Below, piece by piece: positions 27,696-37,523 of a stretch of DNA of 39,511 nucleotides. Each line of letters starts with the position of its first letter. The first letter of the stretch is position 1. The notes beneath the pieces were generated by a model that saw only the letters and a list, made by a program, of their open reading frames with translations, was not told where the DNA came from and did not search any database. Source of the stretch: a virus (Duplodnaviria > Caudoviricetes); the IMG/VR virus record IMGVR_UViG_3300020045_003034, positions 1 to 39,511 of that record. One strand, 5' to 3'. A program made the translations under genes and the position numbers.

Positions 27696-28030
27696 CATCG
27701 TTTAATAATATCAGGATATATTCTATACATTTTATTTGGAATATCGTCTAACTCTTGGTTAAAAGCCATATTAGCAAAGTAGACTCTTAGAGAGATATCA
27801 TTCTTCCATTCTTTATTTCCATCTATAATCTGATGAAGTCTGTCATGGATATCTGTTTTTAGGGGTATTAGATTAGATTTATCGTTTACATTAAAATCTT
27901 TTAAATCTTGTCGCTTTAAATCTCGCTTATGTATTACATGGTGGCAATTATGTGTCTTTTTATCTTTTGACTTTAATCCACACTCTTCAAAGACAATTTG
28001 TCTATTGTGTGTATAAAGCCTTTCGCTCAT
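27695..28030 (-). CDS. HNH endonuclease-like protein
   Basis: NCHHVI..NDKSNLIPL...HDRLH. Confidence 0.75.
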   Translation of the reverse strand: MSERLYTHNRQIVFEECGLKSKDKKTHNCHHVIHKRDLKRQDLKDFNVNDKSNLIPLKTDIHDRLHQIIDGNKEWKNDISLRVYFANMAFNQELDDIPNKMYRIYPDIIKR

Positions 28031-28051
28031 GTCACAAGATAAAATTCATAA

Positions 28052-28249
28052 TTATTTACCTTTAAAAAACTTAATACCTGCGTTGATTAAGATTGATAGT
28101 ATTGCGACTACAATAGGAGTATATTCTCCAAAATCAACTTTAGGTAAGACTTCTGCTAAATAAACTAGTACAGCACCACCTACAGCGATACCTGCACCTT
28201 TAGCTATTTTAAGTCCGTCTTCTTTGTTTAAAGTATATTTTTCTGACAT
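28052..28249 (-). CDS. Holin-like 2-TM protein
   Basis: 65 aa, two TM helices, basic C-terminus, next to the peptidase. Confidence 0.7.
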   Translation of the reverse strand: MSEKYTLNKEDGLKIAKGAGIAVGGAVLVYLAEVLPKVDFGEYTPIVVAILSILINAGIKFFKGK

Positions 28250-28389
28250 ATTTTATTTTTAAATTATTAACATAAATTTGTAATTTATAGGTCAACTTAT
28301 TATAAGACAAATGCCTTATTTTAAATTGTGCCTAAGGTACTATATTTTTTTAGAGTCCATGAGCAGTCTATAGATTAGACTGCTAATTA

Positions 28390-28866
28390 TTAGGCTTTAT
28401 CTAATAATGCAAAACCTTTTAAAATAGGATATTTTGATGTACTTTCTACTTTACCAGTCCATGGGTCTATCATTTTTTTATCACCAATAAACAACACCCA
28501 ATGTCTATCATTTGGAGTTTTAATTATACCGTCAAAGTCTACTTCGACTAAAACTGGTATACCTCTATCGGTATATTTTTTGACTAGTTTATTATCATAA
28601 GTATAGTAACGATAGACAAACTTAACCACTGGGAATGCTTTTTGAATTATTGACCATAAAATTAAATCTGTACCTTTTTGATAAGCACCGGCATTTCTTA
28701 ATCTTTCTGCTACTTGAGGTGGTATTAGATTATATCCAAAGATAAATAATAAAGAAGTTAATGCTGTAGTTGTACATCCAACACTTCTAAAGTTACCTTT
28801 ACCAAATCCTACTTTACCTAAAAACCATCTTATATCTCTTTGAGAATATACTTTTGTATTTATCAT
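28390..28866 (-). CDS. C39-like cysteine peptidase, putative endolysin
   Basis: YSQRD.RW, GCTTTA, HWVL, IDPW; likely start MINTK at 28866. Confidence 0.85.
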   Translation of the reverse strand: MINTKVYSQRDIRWFLGKVGFGKGNFRSVGCTTTALTSLLFIFGYNLIPPQVAERLRNAGAYQKGTDLILWSIIQKAFPVVKFVYRYYTYDNKLVKKYTDRGIPVLVEVDFDGIIKTPNDRHWVLFIGDKKMIDPWTGKVESTSKYPILKGFALLDKA

Positions 28867-28870
28867 AATT

Positions 28871-29221
28871 TTACTTATTAAATAACTTATTAAGCGTAAC
28901 ACCAACATCATTTATTACTTCTTCTTTTTTATCTGGTAATTGAGAGTATGTGTAATATTGTGATGGTGTCATATGTAATTTAATAAGGTCATTCATACTT
29001 GATTTTAACTCTAAAATGTCTTCTTTGTAGTCTACTTTTTTAACGTAAGTATCATCCATTGCCTCTACTTTTGGAGCAATCTCTTTTATTTTATCGATAG
29101 CACTATTAACACCACGTATACCAATGAGAGCTCCGCCAACAAGGCCAACAATACCAGAACAAATGAGAGACACCAATACTTTACTTCGTATTTCTTTAAA
29201 AAATTTCTTAATGTCATTCAT
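28871..29221 (-). CDS. Membrane protein of the lysis module
   Basis: One TM helix plus coiled coil, upstream of the peptidase. Confidence 0.7.
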   Translation of the reverse strand: MNDIKKFFKEIRSKVLVSLICSGIVGLVGGALIGIRGVNSAIDKIKEIAPKVEAMDDTYVKKVDYKEDILELKSSMNDLIKLHMTPSQYYTYSQLPDKKEEVINDVGVTLNKLFNK

Positions 29222-29250
29222 AAGTAAAGCATTAAATAATGAATAGATTA

Positions 29251-29559
29251 TTAAAATGATGGTTGATTTGAACCAATACCAATATTTTTCTGTGTATTAC
29301 CTAAATATTTAGTGAGAGCTTTAATAATAGTACTTACATCAGTATCAGGTGCAGCTGGAGCTGTTGGTGCCGGTGCTTGTGCTGACGGAGAAGCCATTGA
29401 TGGGAGATTAGTCCCGACACTAGCTACTGATGGATTAAATGCTGCTGAAGAGCTAGATACTTGGTCAAGAATAGATGAATCAACACCTCTTGATTGCATT
29501 GCTGCTTTTAAAGCATCTGTATTGCCTAATAAGTTTGAACCTGTACCAAATTGTGCCAT
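29251..29559 (-). CDS. Low-complexity hypothetical virion-region protein
   Basis: 102 aa, S/A/P-rich, behind cassette 5. Confidence 0.7.
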   Translation of the reverse strand: MAQFGTGSNLLGNTDALKAAMQSRGVDSSILDQVSSSSAAFNPSVASVGTNLPSMASPSAQAPAPTAPAAPDTDVSTIIKALTKYLGNTQKNIGIGSNQPSF

Positions 29560-29618
29560 ATTTTAAAAATAAAACCCCCAATGTGGGGGATAAATAACCT
29601 TAATATATTATTATAACA
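29560..29618 (-). promoter_or_regulatory. Leader cassette 5
   Basis: TGTTATAAT AATAT ATTAAGGTT ATTTA TCCCCCA CAT TGGGGG TTTTATTTTTAAAAT ATG. Confidence 0.85.
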
Positions 29619-29643
29619 TTTATTCTGGTGCTATAATATGGAA

Positions 29644-29748
29644 ATGATAACATTAGCATTAAACTTAATTGCGTTATGTATAATTGCTTATATAAGTGGG
29701 TGGATACTAATGGCAATTATCGCTTTTTTAAGTAGCTTATTTAAATAA
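29644..29748 (+). CDS. 34-aa hydrophobic peptide, leaderless, opposite strand
   Basis: TGCTATAAT-6-ATG; MITLALNLIALCIIAYISGWILMAIIAFLSSLFK. Confidence 0.65.
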   Translation: MITLALNLIALCIIAYISGWILMAIIAFLSSLFK

Positions 29749-29750
29749 GT

Positions 29751-31595
29751 CTAGTATCCAATATCTGGTAATCCTGTATCGGTTGTAGATGGTAAAGTAA
29801 TGTCTTGTATATTTGCATCAGCATAACCTTGTAATTCTTTTCTTACCGCCTCAATTTTTGCCTTAATTGTTTCTTTACTATCAAATAATTTAGGTAACAT
29901 TTTGGAATAAAAAGCTTGCTGTGATGGAGATACAGAGGCACCAGTTCTTAAACCTCCTAATGCATCTGTAATAGATGAAATATATGCGTCAAATTCTCTA
30001 GCACCTGGAGAACCTGGGATTGATGTCTTAGCTAATACAGCAGGGTCTTGGTTTAATATCTTTTCCATTTTGTCTAAAGCGTTAAGTCCTGCGTTGGCTT
30101 TCCCTTGGACTTGTGAGGCAGCAGCACTTAATGGTTTATTTCCACCTTTATTAGCTTTTTGATATGCTGTTTCGTCTGTATACAAGCTCTTTAATTTAGT
30201 TGCGGCTTTATTATCACCGGCTAATGAAGCTGCCATATATCCTTTGTAAAGTTGTTCTGGTGAATATCCTGTTATATAGTTTGATTTAGTTTGAGTTTGT
30301 TCTACAGATTGTTTCTCAGTTGAAATATTTGGCAAACCAGTATCGGTACTAGATGGTAATTGTGAATTAGCTCTGTTTAATTGAATCCCTGATTGTACTG
30401 ATGGAGCAATCAATTGATTCGGTATAGCACTTGCCACACTACTAATTTTATTACCAGTAGAAGCAGTTCCTCGACCAACATTTTGTAAAAACTTGCCAGT
30501 CTTAGCTGTTATATTTTGAGTTATTTTACCAGCTGACTCACCACCAACTCGACCTAAAAATGGGACAGGTACTTTAACACCTTTTTCTGCTGTTTTCATA
30601 CTAGAAGCAACACCCGGAGCTATTTTGTGCATATCAGACATTATTTCAAGACCATCTTTAGTACCCGGTACATTTAATTTCAAATATTCATCGATAGCGT
30701 TATGATAGACAGCTTTTACAGCTTCCTCTTCTGTAGGCACATGAGCAGGGTTGTAAATCTTTTGTATGTCTTTTTGTAATTCGTACTTAAGTTTTAATAG
30801 ATCTCCACCAGTAGCATTAGCTATTCTTGTATTTAATTTATTAGATATTACTTTTGTAGTACTTTTTGTTAGGTCTGATACTTCTGGCAATGCTTCATCT
30901 ATAGACATTCTAATAACCCTACTATCTGGCTTAAATCCTTTTGCTGCGGAATTAACATTGTTCATTGCAGTTGTATATATTCCATCCATCCTAGTAGCTG
31001 CTTCCTTTGCATTGACCCCAGTTAAACCATGTTTTTCAGCAAGACCCATTATTTCATCTATATCACTAATCATTGTAGGTGACGCTTTTACTTTTGGTTT
31101 AATTACACTCTTTACTAAATCATCACCCCAATTTTCAACTTTTGAATCTTTTGCCACAGTAGAAGCAGTTTTTGCACCTTTTGCGATTTTACCAATTACT
31201 TTAGCAGCACCTAAACCTAAAAGTTCACCTCCAGCACCCCACAAAGCTTCTTTGGCTATTTTACCAGCGTCAAATTCTTTTTCTTCAATTTGTTTGGATG
31301 TTTCACCTAGTCCGCCACCTAGTCCAGCGCCAACAACCGCACCAACTGGCCCGGCTACAATTCCCCCTACAATTCCACCACCGATAGACCCTATTGCAGG
31401 CAATACTGATCCTACCTTTTCTCTTCTTACCTTGTCTTCTTCTGCAAGTCTTGTTGCCATAGAAGTTGGAGATTCACCTAAATCGATATTTGGTAAAGTT
31501 GTATTTTGAATTTTAGAATATATTTGTGGATTAAACTCTGTATCTTCAACTGTTCCAGTTTCACCTGTAGAATTTAATTTTACCTTTATTCTCAT
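29751..31595 (-). CDS. Internal virion / DNA ejection protein (putative)
   Basis: 614 aa; Gly-zipper hydrophobic segment (GSIGGGIVGGIVAGPVGAVVGAGLGG); position after tail genes. Confidence 0.65.
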   Translation of the reverse strand: MRIKVKLNSTGETGTVEDTEFNPQIYSKIQNTTLPNIDLGESPTSMATRLAEEDKVRREKVGSVLPAIGSIGGGIVGGIVAGPVGAVVGAGLGGGLGETSKQIEEKEFDAGKIAKEALWGAGGELLGLGAAKVIGKIAKGAKTASTVAKDSKVENWGDDLVKSVIKPKVKASPTMISDIDEIMGLAEKHGLTGVNAKEAATRMDGIYTTAMNNVNSAAKGFKPDSRVIRMSIDEALPEVSDLTKSTTKVISNKLNTRIANATGGDLLKLKYELQKDIQKIYNPAHVPTEEEAVKAVYHNAIDEYLKLNVPGTKDGLEIMSDMHKIAPGVASSMKTAEKGVKVPVPFLGRVGGESAGKITQNITAKTGKFLQNVGRGTASTGNKISSVASAIPNQLIAPSVQSGIQLNRANSQLPSSTDTGLPNISTEKQSVEQTQTKSNYITGYSPEQLYKGYMAASLAGDNKAATKLKSLYTDETAYQKANKGGNKPLSAAASQVQGKANAGLNALDKMEKILNQDPAVLAKTSIPGSPGAREFDAYISSITDALGGLRTGASVSPSQQAFYSKMLPKLFDSKETIKAKIEAVRKELQGYADANIQDITLPSTTDTGLPDIGY

Positions 31596-32572
31596 CTTAC
31601 AAGATATAAACCATTATTTGTATTATTTCCAGCATTATTCCCAGTAATATTACTTAAGTCTACATTAGAAAAATTCATATTACCATTGATAGTATCCATT
31701 AAAGTTGGGTTTATGTTTAAATTACCAGTAACTTCCGAGTTCATATCTGGGACAAAACTAGAAGCAGGAGGATTTATAGGTGAAGTACTAGGATTATTTA
31801 AATAATTTTTTAAATAATCTAAAACATTACCTGAACCTGAACCTGAACCTGATGTCGCACTACCTAAAAATATTTTTTCACCTGTAGTTTTGTTTACTAA
31901 ATATTTGTTACCACCAATAGTTTCAATTGTACCTTGACCAAGAGTAGCGTTAAGTTTTTCTTTTTCTAGGTTATAGTTCTGCTCTTGTGTAGCTAATTGT
32001 AAAGCTCTAGCTTTTTCAGCTTCACTGACGGCTATTCCACTTTGTATTTTAGAGATAATAGTACTTAATTCGTTCTCATTTTGAGAGGTATAGAGGCTGG
32101 TTTCTCTAGCAAGTTTATTAGTTAAGAGTTCTTTTTCTGTAGTATAAGGTAATAGAGACTTTTCTTGATCTGATAATTGGTAGCCCATTTGAGTAGCAAG
32201 TGTTTGATTTGCATTTGCTAAAGCTTCATTGGCAGTTGTCAAAGCTGGTGTAAGTTCAGAAGTTTTTTGACCGACAATTCTATTTAATTGATTAGCATTT
32301 ACATCAAATCCCCTAGTAGCGGCTGAATATGTTTGAGGTAATTCTCTTACTTGCCTATTAAGGTTAAATGCATTTTCTGATAATGTAGGTAAATTTAGTT
32401 CAGCCCCGATTCTTCTAGCCATATTAGCCGAGGTTTCTTGGCCAGCAATAGCACCTCGATATCTTGTCAAATAATCATTCTCTTGACCAGATTGACTAGC
32501 CAATAAAGCCTCATTGCCTAATTTTTGTTTTGCTAGAGTATCTGTGGCTTCTGTATAGTTATAATCTGCCAT
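31592..32572 (-). CDS. Internal virion / DNA ejection protein (putative)
   Basis: 326 aa, A/Q/N/T-rich helical; position. Confidence 0.6.
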   Translation of the reverse strand: MADYNYTEATDTLAKQKLGNEALLASQSGQENDYLTRYRGAIAGQETSANMARRIGAELNLPTLSENAFNLNRQVRELPQTYSAATRGFDVNANQLNRIVGQKTSELTPALTTANEALANANQTLATQMGYQLSDQEKSLLPYTTEKELLTNKLARETSLYTSQNENELSTIISKIQSGIAVSEAEKARALQLATQEQNYNLEKEKLNATLGQGTIETIGGNKYLVNKTTGEKIFLGSATSGSGSGSGNVLDYLKNYLNNPSTSPINPPASSFVPDMNSEVTGNLNINPTLMDTINGNMNFSNVDLSNITGNNAGNNTNNGLYLVR

Positions 32573-32597
32573 AGTTTTATCCTGTTATTGGTTTCAT

Positions 32598-32656
32598 ATA
32601 ATAAAAAATCCCGTGCGATGACGGGACTAAATTGTCTTTAATAGTTTATTATACCA
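32598..32656 (-). promoter_or_regulatory. Leader cassette 6
   Basis: TGGTATAAT AAACT ATTAAAGAC AATTTA GTCCCGT CATCGC ACGGGAT TTTTTATTAT ATG. Confidence 0.85.
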
Positions 32657-32657
32657 T

Positions 32658-32927
32658 TTATGAAAGTGTAGCGCTAACCCAAATAGTACCATTCCATATT
32701 TTTAACTTATTTGTATCTGTACAAAAATAATAAGCCGTGCTGTTAGGTGATGTACCCTCACCCTCTGTTGGGAGATTAGATTCTAAGCCAGAACGAATGA
32801 ATCTATTGCCTTCTCCAATATGTCTTTGTTTGATAGTCGCATTTGGGATATCTGATTGATGGACACGAGAAGACTCTAAATTTGAGACTCTTTCTGACAA
32901 CTCACTAATCAATTTTTCGTAGTCCAT
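32658..32927 (-). CDS. Small tail-associated protein
   Basis: YFCTDTNKLKIWNGTIW fibre-type motif. Confidence 0.7.
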   Translation of the reverse strand: MDYEKLISELSERVSNLESSRVHQSDIPNATIKQRHIGEGNRFIRSGLESNLPTEGEGTSPNSTAYYFCTDTNKLKIWNGTIWVSATLS

Positions 32928-32929
32928 TA

Positions 32930-35900
32930 TTAACCTCCTAATCTAGTCTCTTTTGACATATCGTCAATTTCAAGACTAACATTTAAAAGTGTAGGTGTTG
33001 TTGTTCCTGTTGATGAGAATATATCACAAGCATACTCTATTTCGTTATAACGGGTCTTACCTGTACCAGATATAGAACCTCTGACAAAATTAGTACCCAC
33101 TGTATCTTCAACTGGAAATAATGTCCAATTGTCATTCCTATCTAATTTATACTTAATTTGGACACTTTCACCAGTTTGTAATGGTTTAAAATTAGCAATA
33201 AGCGAGATAGCCTCTTTTTCTTTCCATGTCACACTAGAGTCTTCAACCATAAATTCAACTGTTCCACTAGGTGCATAACCATTTGATGGATCAATCATGT
33301 CTATTCCATACGATATTCCATCTCTCCACCCAACCAGTAATTTTTTACCAACTACCATTACTAATCCAGTTTCGGTAGTATTTAAATAGTTTCCACCAGA
33401 TTGAATATATTGAAAAGATAGAGAGTCATCATATCGGATATTAGGACTTCCATATGAAAATACACCCCTTTGGAATATTGTTGAGTCTGAACGACCAACA
33501 CCAAAATGTAGATAGCTCTTCCACATTGTTACTGCTTGTGGATATACTTCGATATAGTTATTATCAGTACTCTTTGGTAGGCGCTTAATTTTACTAGCAC
33601 TTGCAGAGCCTTGATATATAAGCATGTCACCTTGATATCCAGCCCATACAAAAAGCTTTCCCTTAGAGCCTAAAATAGCATTGATTCCACCCTCTGGTAC
33701 ATCTAAATAAAAATTATATGTAGTAGAAACACCATCCCAAAAATAAAGCCTACCATTATCAAAATCATAGATATTGTCGCCTTTCATACATCCGATTACC
33801 AAGTATTCGTTATAGTATCCAAAACATCGTATTCTCCATCCAGCAGGTAACGTAATATAGTTTGGGTCATATAAAGTAGCTTCATATTTAGCGACGTATC
33901 TCTCATTCCCGAATACTAAAAATTGTAGCATTTTTGCAATTGGGTGAAATTCTGTATCGTCTACAAGAAATTGGAAGTATGTTTTAAAATCTACTGTTGC
34001 TAGACTGCTTGCTGTACCAGTTGTTACAGTTGTTGCGGCAACTGTAGAAGTCAAATGGAAATGATACTCTTCATTAAACAAAGGCCTCCATGGCGTATCA
34101 AATGTAACTTCAAACTGTCCTGCTAGTATATTGACTTGGTCGACTGTTTTAGAGGCAATAACGACGTTGTTTGAATCATGCACTGTTACAGTTAGATTCC
34201 CTGTACCAATAGAAGCTATTAGTATTGAAATAGATTTTTGAGGGTCTTTAGTAGGTGTAAATTTGCACATATCAGCTGCCACTTCTGAAATAGAAGTAGG
34301 AATTGTATATGTATTACCACTTAATGATTGACTTTGATCTATATCGTTTCTAGTAGTAGGTGATAAGAAAGGTACATCATCTGAATATGCAGGACTACCA
34401 GTTAATGTTAAATGGTTTGCATTTGCTGTTCCATCGGTAGAAGCATTATTTAGCGTATAGTAAGCAACTAATCCTAACATATTGACGGGGATTTGGTTTT
34501 CTTTATAGAAATTTATTTCATCAGCTGTTCTTATGTCGTTCCACAATCTAACTTCATCTATTTTCCCGTTTAAGAAGTTACCTACTGCACTAGCACCTTT
34601 ATGAGCGCCCAAGTAGAGAGCAGATGCATTGTCTGAAATAGAGGTCAAAGCGCCAGTAGAAGTCCCTAGTAAATTTGCATTTAAATAAAATCTAGCCAAT
34701 GAAGCAGAAGCGTCATAAGTAACTGCGATGTGTTTCCAAACCCCAGCAGTTAAATCACATTGTCTAGTGAGAGTTTCATATGCAGTACCATCGGTTGAGA
34801 CGGAAAATCTTAATTGATAAGTTGTATTGTTTGATAAATTATTATCTTGGGTTGAGTCTAATGTAGGAGTTGTACTACCTGATATAGAAGTGTAGTAATC
34901 AGCATGGATACGACCTACTCCGCCATTACCTGCTAATCCATATCCTGTACCGCCGTTTGCAGTTATTAACCCAACTCCTAGTGATCCTGTTACAAATTTT
35001 AAGAGTATTGAACCGCCAGCGCCACCACCACCGCTAGAATCAGGAGATACACCTGTTCCACCATTTCCACCATTTGCCGTTATCGAACCAGTTATAGTTG
35101 CAAGATCATTTGTATAGATTAAAATTATTCCACCGCCAGCACCGCCGCCGAATGCTTGATCGCCCGTAGCGCTACCATCTTGAGCGCCACCTCCGCCGCC
35201 ACCACCGAATGGCAGAGTTGTTAATGATGCATTTCCATATATTGAACCACCCAGTCCAAATAAATTTACTGAACTTCCAATACCTTTTCCATCTATCCCA
35301 ATTGAACCATTTGCTCCACCACCACCAGATGAATCGCCACTAGAACCAACTTGTCCACCACCACCACCATTTCCATTAGCAGTTCTAATTTGAGACGACA
35401 CGGCTAAATTACTTTCTCCACAATAAGCCTTTGAATTAGCACCAAGCGCTCTTATGCCGTTTCCTCCTCTGAATCCGCCGCCCGTTGCTCCTGTGATAGT
35501 TGAAGTAGTACCACCATTAGCGCTAATAGAACCTGATATGGTCAAAGTTCCATTACACAAGAAAGCTAGTATGCCTCCAGTTGTGCCATTCCACGCTTTA
35601 GCAGAATAAGTTTTACCTGAATTTATAGTTACGGCTGAATATTGTTTAAGAACCCTAACTTGTGATCCTGTTGTATACGTTTTTAAGAGAGGATTTAATA
35701 GAGTTATCGTCCCAGCAGTATACGAAACTATCTCATTCCTTTCATATAATCCAGCGTCACTACCTTGAGTTTGATGAATTAAAAGAATTTGACCTGCTGC
35801 AAATGAAGCGTTTGTAGCACTTAAAGTATAAGCCCCTAATATACCAGTACAAGCACTATCTATAGGTGCTTCAGTAGTATCAGCAGCGATTGTTAATGCT

Positions 35901-36568
35901 CCATCTGAACCAGAACCGAATGAAGCAGACACACCAGCTATATCAAATTTATATGATCGTGTTGCACCTGATTCATCCCATTTAGCAAGAATTGTTTGTG
36001 AGTTACCAACTGTTGGTAGAACTGCTGGTTTTATAGACGCTTCGATACTTAAATCTCCAGTTATAGATAAAGAAGCAGCATCGGTTTTTGAGCCATATTG
36101 AGTAGCGCCATCTAAGACAAGAGAATACGTGTTAAGTCTAACTCCACCTTGAGAACCTAAAAAATCATCATTAAATTTTGCATTAGGGTCATTTATTCTT
36201 CCGTATCTTCCAATAACTTTGTCGCCAGTGTAATAAACTGAATTATCTTCAGCAAAATAACATAAACCATTACCATGACAGTTAGGGATTGTTCTTAGAG
36301 CCGTCCACGATCCAATTAGTGTTCTTTGGTAAAAAGTACCAGCGTCACCAAGTACATAAGTTAAACCGTTTATTGTTTGCTCTCCCCACTTAGGCAAATC
36401 AACAACAACTGTTCCTGATTCTTTAACTGGTTTCCATCCTAGTGTTATTTCACGGGGGTTTGAATCGTTTATAGATCGACCAAAAGAATACGAATCAACA
36501 CTACCTTCTTTTAAAAAGTCAGAAATACCGTTCTTAAATCTAGCTTTAGATATAACTTGTTTTGCCAT
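32930..36568 (-). CDS. Tail nozzle/stabilisation-like protein with inserted LamG and Gly-rich domains
   Basis: Likely start MAKQV at 36568; beta-propeller-like ends; WKHIAVTYD..GKIDEVRLWN LamG motif. Confidence 0.75.
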   Translation of the reverse strand: MAKQVISKARFKNGISDFLKEGSVDSYSFGRSINDSNPREITLGWKPVKESGTVVVDLPKWGEQTINGLTYVLGDAGTFYQRTLIGSWTALRTIPNCHGNGLCYFAEDNSVYYTGDKVIGRYGRINDPNAKFNDDFLGSQGGVRLNTYSLVLDGATQYGSKTDAASLSITGDLSIEASIKPAVLPTVGNSQTILAKWDESGATRSYKFDIAGVSASFGSGSDGALTIAADTTEAPIDSACTGILGAYTLSATNASFAAGQILLIHQTQGSDAGLYERNEIVSYTAGTITLLNPLLKTYTTGSQVRVLKQYSAVTINSGKTYSAKAWNGTTGGILAFLCNGTLTISGSISANGGTTSTITGATGGGFRGGNGIRALGANSKAYCGESNLAVSSQIRTANGNGGGGGQVGSSGDSSGGGGANGSIGIDGKGIGSSVNLFGLGGSIYGNASLTTLPFGGGGGGGAQDGSATGDQAFGGGAGGGIILIYTNDLATITGSITANGGNGGTGVSPDSSGGGGAGGSILLKFVTGSLGVGLITANGGTGYGLAGNGGVGRIHADYYTSISGSTTPTLDSTQDNNLSNNTTYQLRFSVSTDGTAYETLTRQCDLTAGVWKHIAVTYDASASLARFYLNANLLGTSTGALTSISDNASALYLGAHKGASAVGNFLNGKIDEVRLWNDIRTADEINFYKENQIPVNMLGLVAYYTLNNASTDGTANANHLTLTGSPAYSDDVPFLSPTTRNDIDQSQSLSGNTYTIPTSISEVAADMCKFTPTKDPQKSISILIASIGTGNLTVTVHDSNNVVIASKTVDQVNILAGQFEVTFDTPWRPLFNEEYHFHLTSTVAATTVTTGTASSLATVDFKTYFQFLVDDTEFHPIAKMLQFLVFGNERYVAKYEATLYDPNYITLPAGWRIRCFGYYNEYLVIGCMKGDNIYDFDNGRLYFWDGVSTTYNFYLDVPEGGINAILGSKGKLFVWAGYQGDMLIYQGSASASKIKRLPKSTDNNYIEVYPQAVTMWKSYLHFGVGRSDSTIFQRGVFSYGSPNIRYDDSLSFQYIQSGGNYLNTTETGLVMVVGKKLLVGWRDGISYGIDMIDPSNGYAPSGTVEFMVEDSSVTWKEKEAISLIANFKPLQTGESVQIKYKLDRNDNWTLFPVEDTVGTNFVRGSISGTGKTRYNEIEYACDIFSSTGTTTPTLLNVSLEIDDMSKETRLGG

Positions 36569-36569
36569 A

Positions 36570-37523
36570 TTAAATGATCGATTGTGTCCATGCTTTTGAG
36601 GCTGGTGTATATCGATTTGGTCTTTCAATGATAATTCGTTTGTCATCTCTACCAGAATAAGCAGAAGCTAATCCTAGTAAACCAGCACTATTTTTATCAC
36701 TTCCTCTGTCTCTATTTGCATTATTACCATCACCTGTCCAAAATTTGTTATTCCACCATGTAGCAATTTCTATACTTGAACGAGACCCCGCATAGAAATC
36801 CGCTGTGACACCATCCACCAATAGCACATGGCCTTCATCGGGGATTTCTGGACATTCGCAGACTCTATACGAGGCACCGATTACGGTATCGCCCTCAAAA
36901 TTACTAGAGAGAGTGATTGATGTAGCGGATGTGTAAGCACTGATTTTATACCAGTAGCCTGCACCATATACTTCGGAGGTGATTTGTAACCATCTTCCTA
37001 CCATGGCTTTTGTGAATGTCGTACCTGAACCTACAATAGCAGTTGAATTGAGTGTAGCGGTGATTGTTCCAGTTGTATAATCTTCAACAGTCAAGTTTCT
37101 ATCCCTCATAAAAGCATTAAAAGTATAAGGATATATTCCTTGAGGAATAGGCCAAATACCAAAATCATTATGACGATAAAAAATAAATTGAGGATATGCA
37201 GTTGGTTGAATCTGAATAGCATTGAATAAATCCCATTGAGTTTGTGAATAGATAGGGCTTAATACGTTTTTAAATGATCCTACTTCTACTGTACAAGTAT
37301 CACCTTTAATTACACCTGCTGGGTAACTATAAAATGGAGTATTTACGGCGGTATTACCTGTCTTAGGCTGCGAAGTAATATAACTTTGCATTTCTGCTAG
37401 TGTTTGTTGATATCTTGCGCCTAAATTTACCTTAAATTGATTGAGTAAAATAGTGTCAGTTGAACCCACTTGCCCGATATTAGAGAGAAAATTGTTTTTA
37501 ATATCAGTGTAAGATAATTTTAT
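36570..37523 (-). CDS. Head-tail adaptor protein (putative), probable ATA start
   Basis: P..IFY....GIWPIP adaptor-like motif; frame open upstream of the track GTG to AGGAGG-5-ATA. Confidence 0.7.
   Translation of the reverse strand: MKLSYTDIKNNFLSNIGQVGSTDTILLNQFKVNLGARYQQTLAEMQSYITSQPKTGNTAVNTPFYSYPAGVIKGDTCTVEVGSFKNVLSPIYSQTQWDLFNAIQIQPTAYPQFIFYRHNDFGIWPIPQGIYPYTFNAFMRDRNLTVEDYTTGTITATLNSTAIVGSGTTFTKAMVGRWLQITSEVYGAGYWYKISAYTSATSITLSSNFEGDTVIGASYRVCECPEIPDEGHVLLVDGVTADFYAGSRSSIEIATWWNNKFWTGDGNNANRDRGSDKNSAGLLGLASAYSGRDDKRIIIERPNRYTPASKAWTQSII

Noticed and set aside
28285-28385. Eighth gated cassette upstream of the holin
   Set aside because: There is AATTTA plus a weak AT-rich stem but no TGnTATAAT at the right spacing and no U-tract.
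30766-31509. 247-aa plus-strand ORF
   Set aside because: Antisense shadow of the 614-aa gene with no initiation signals or motifs.
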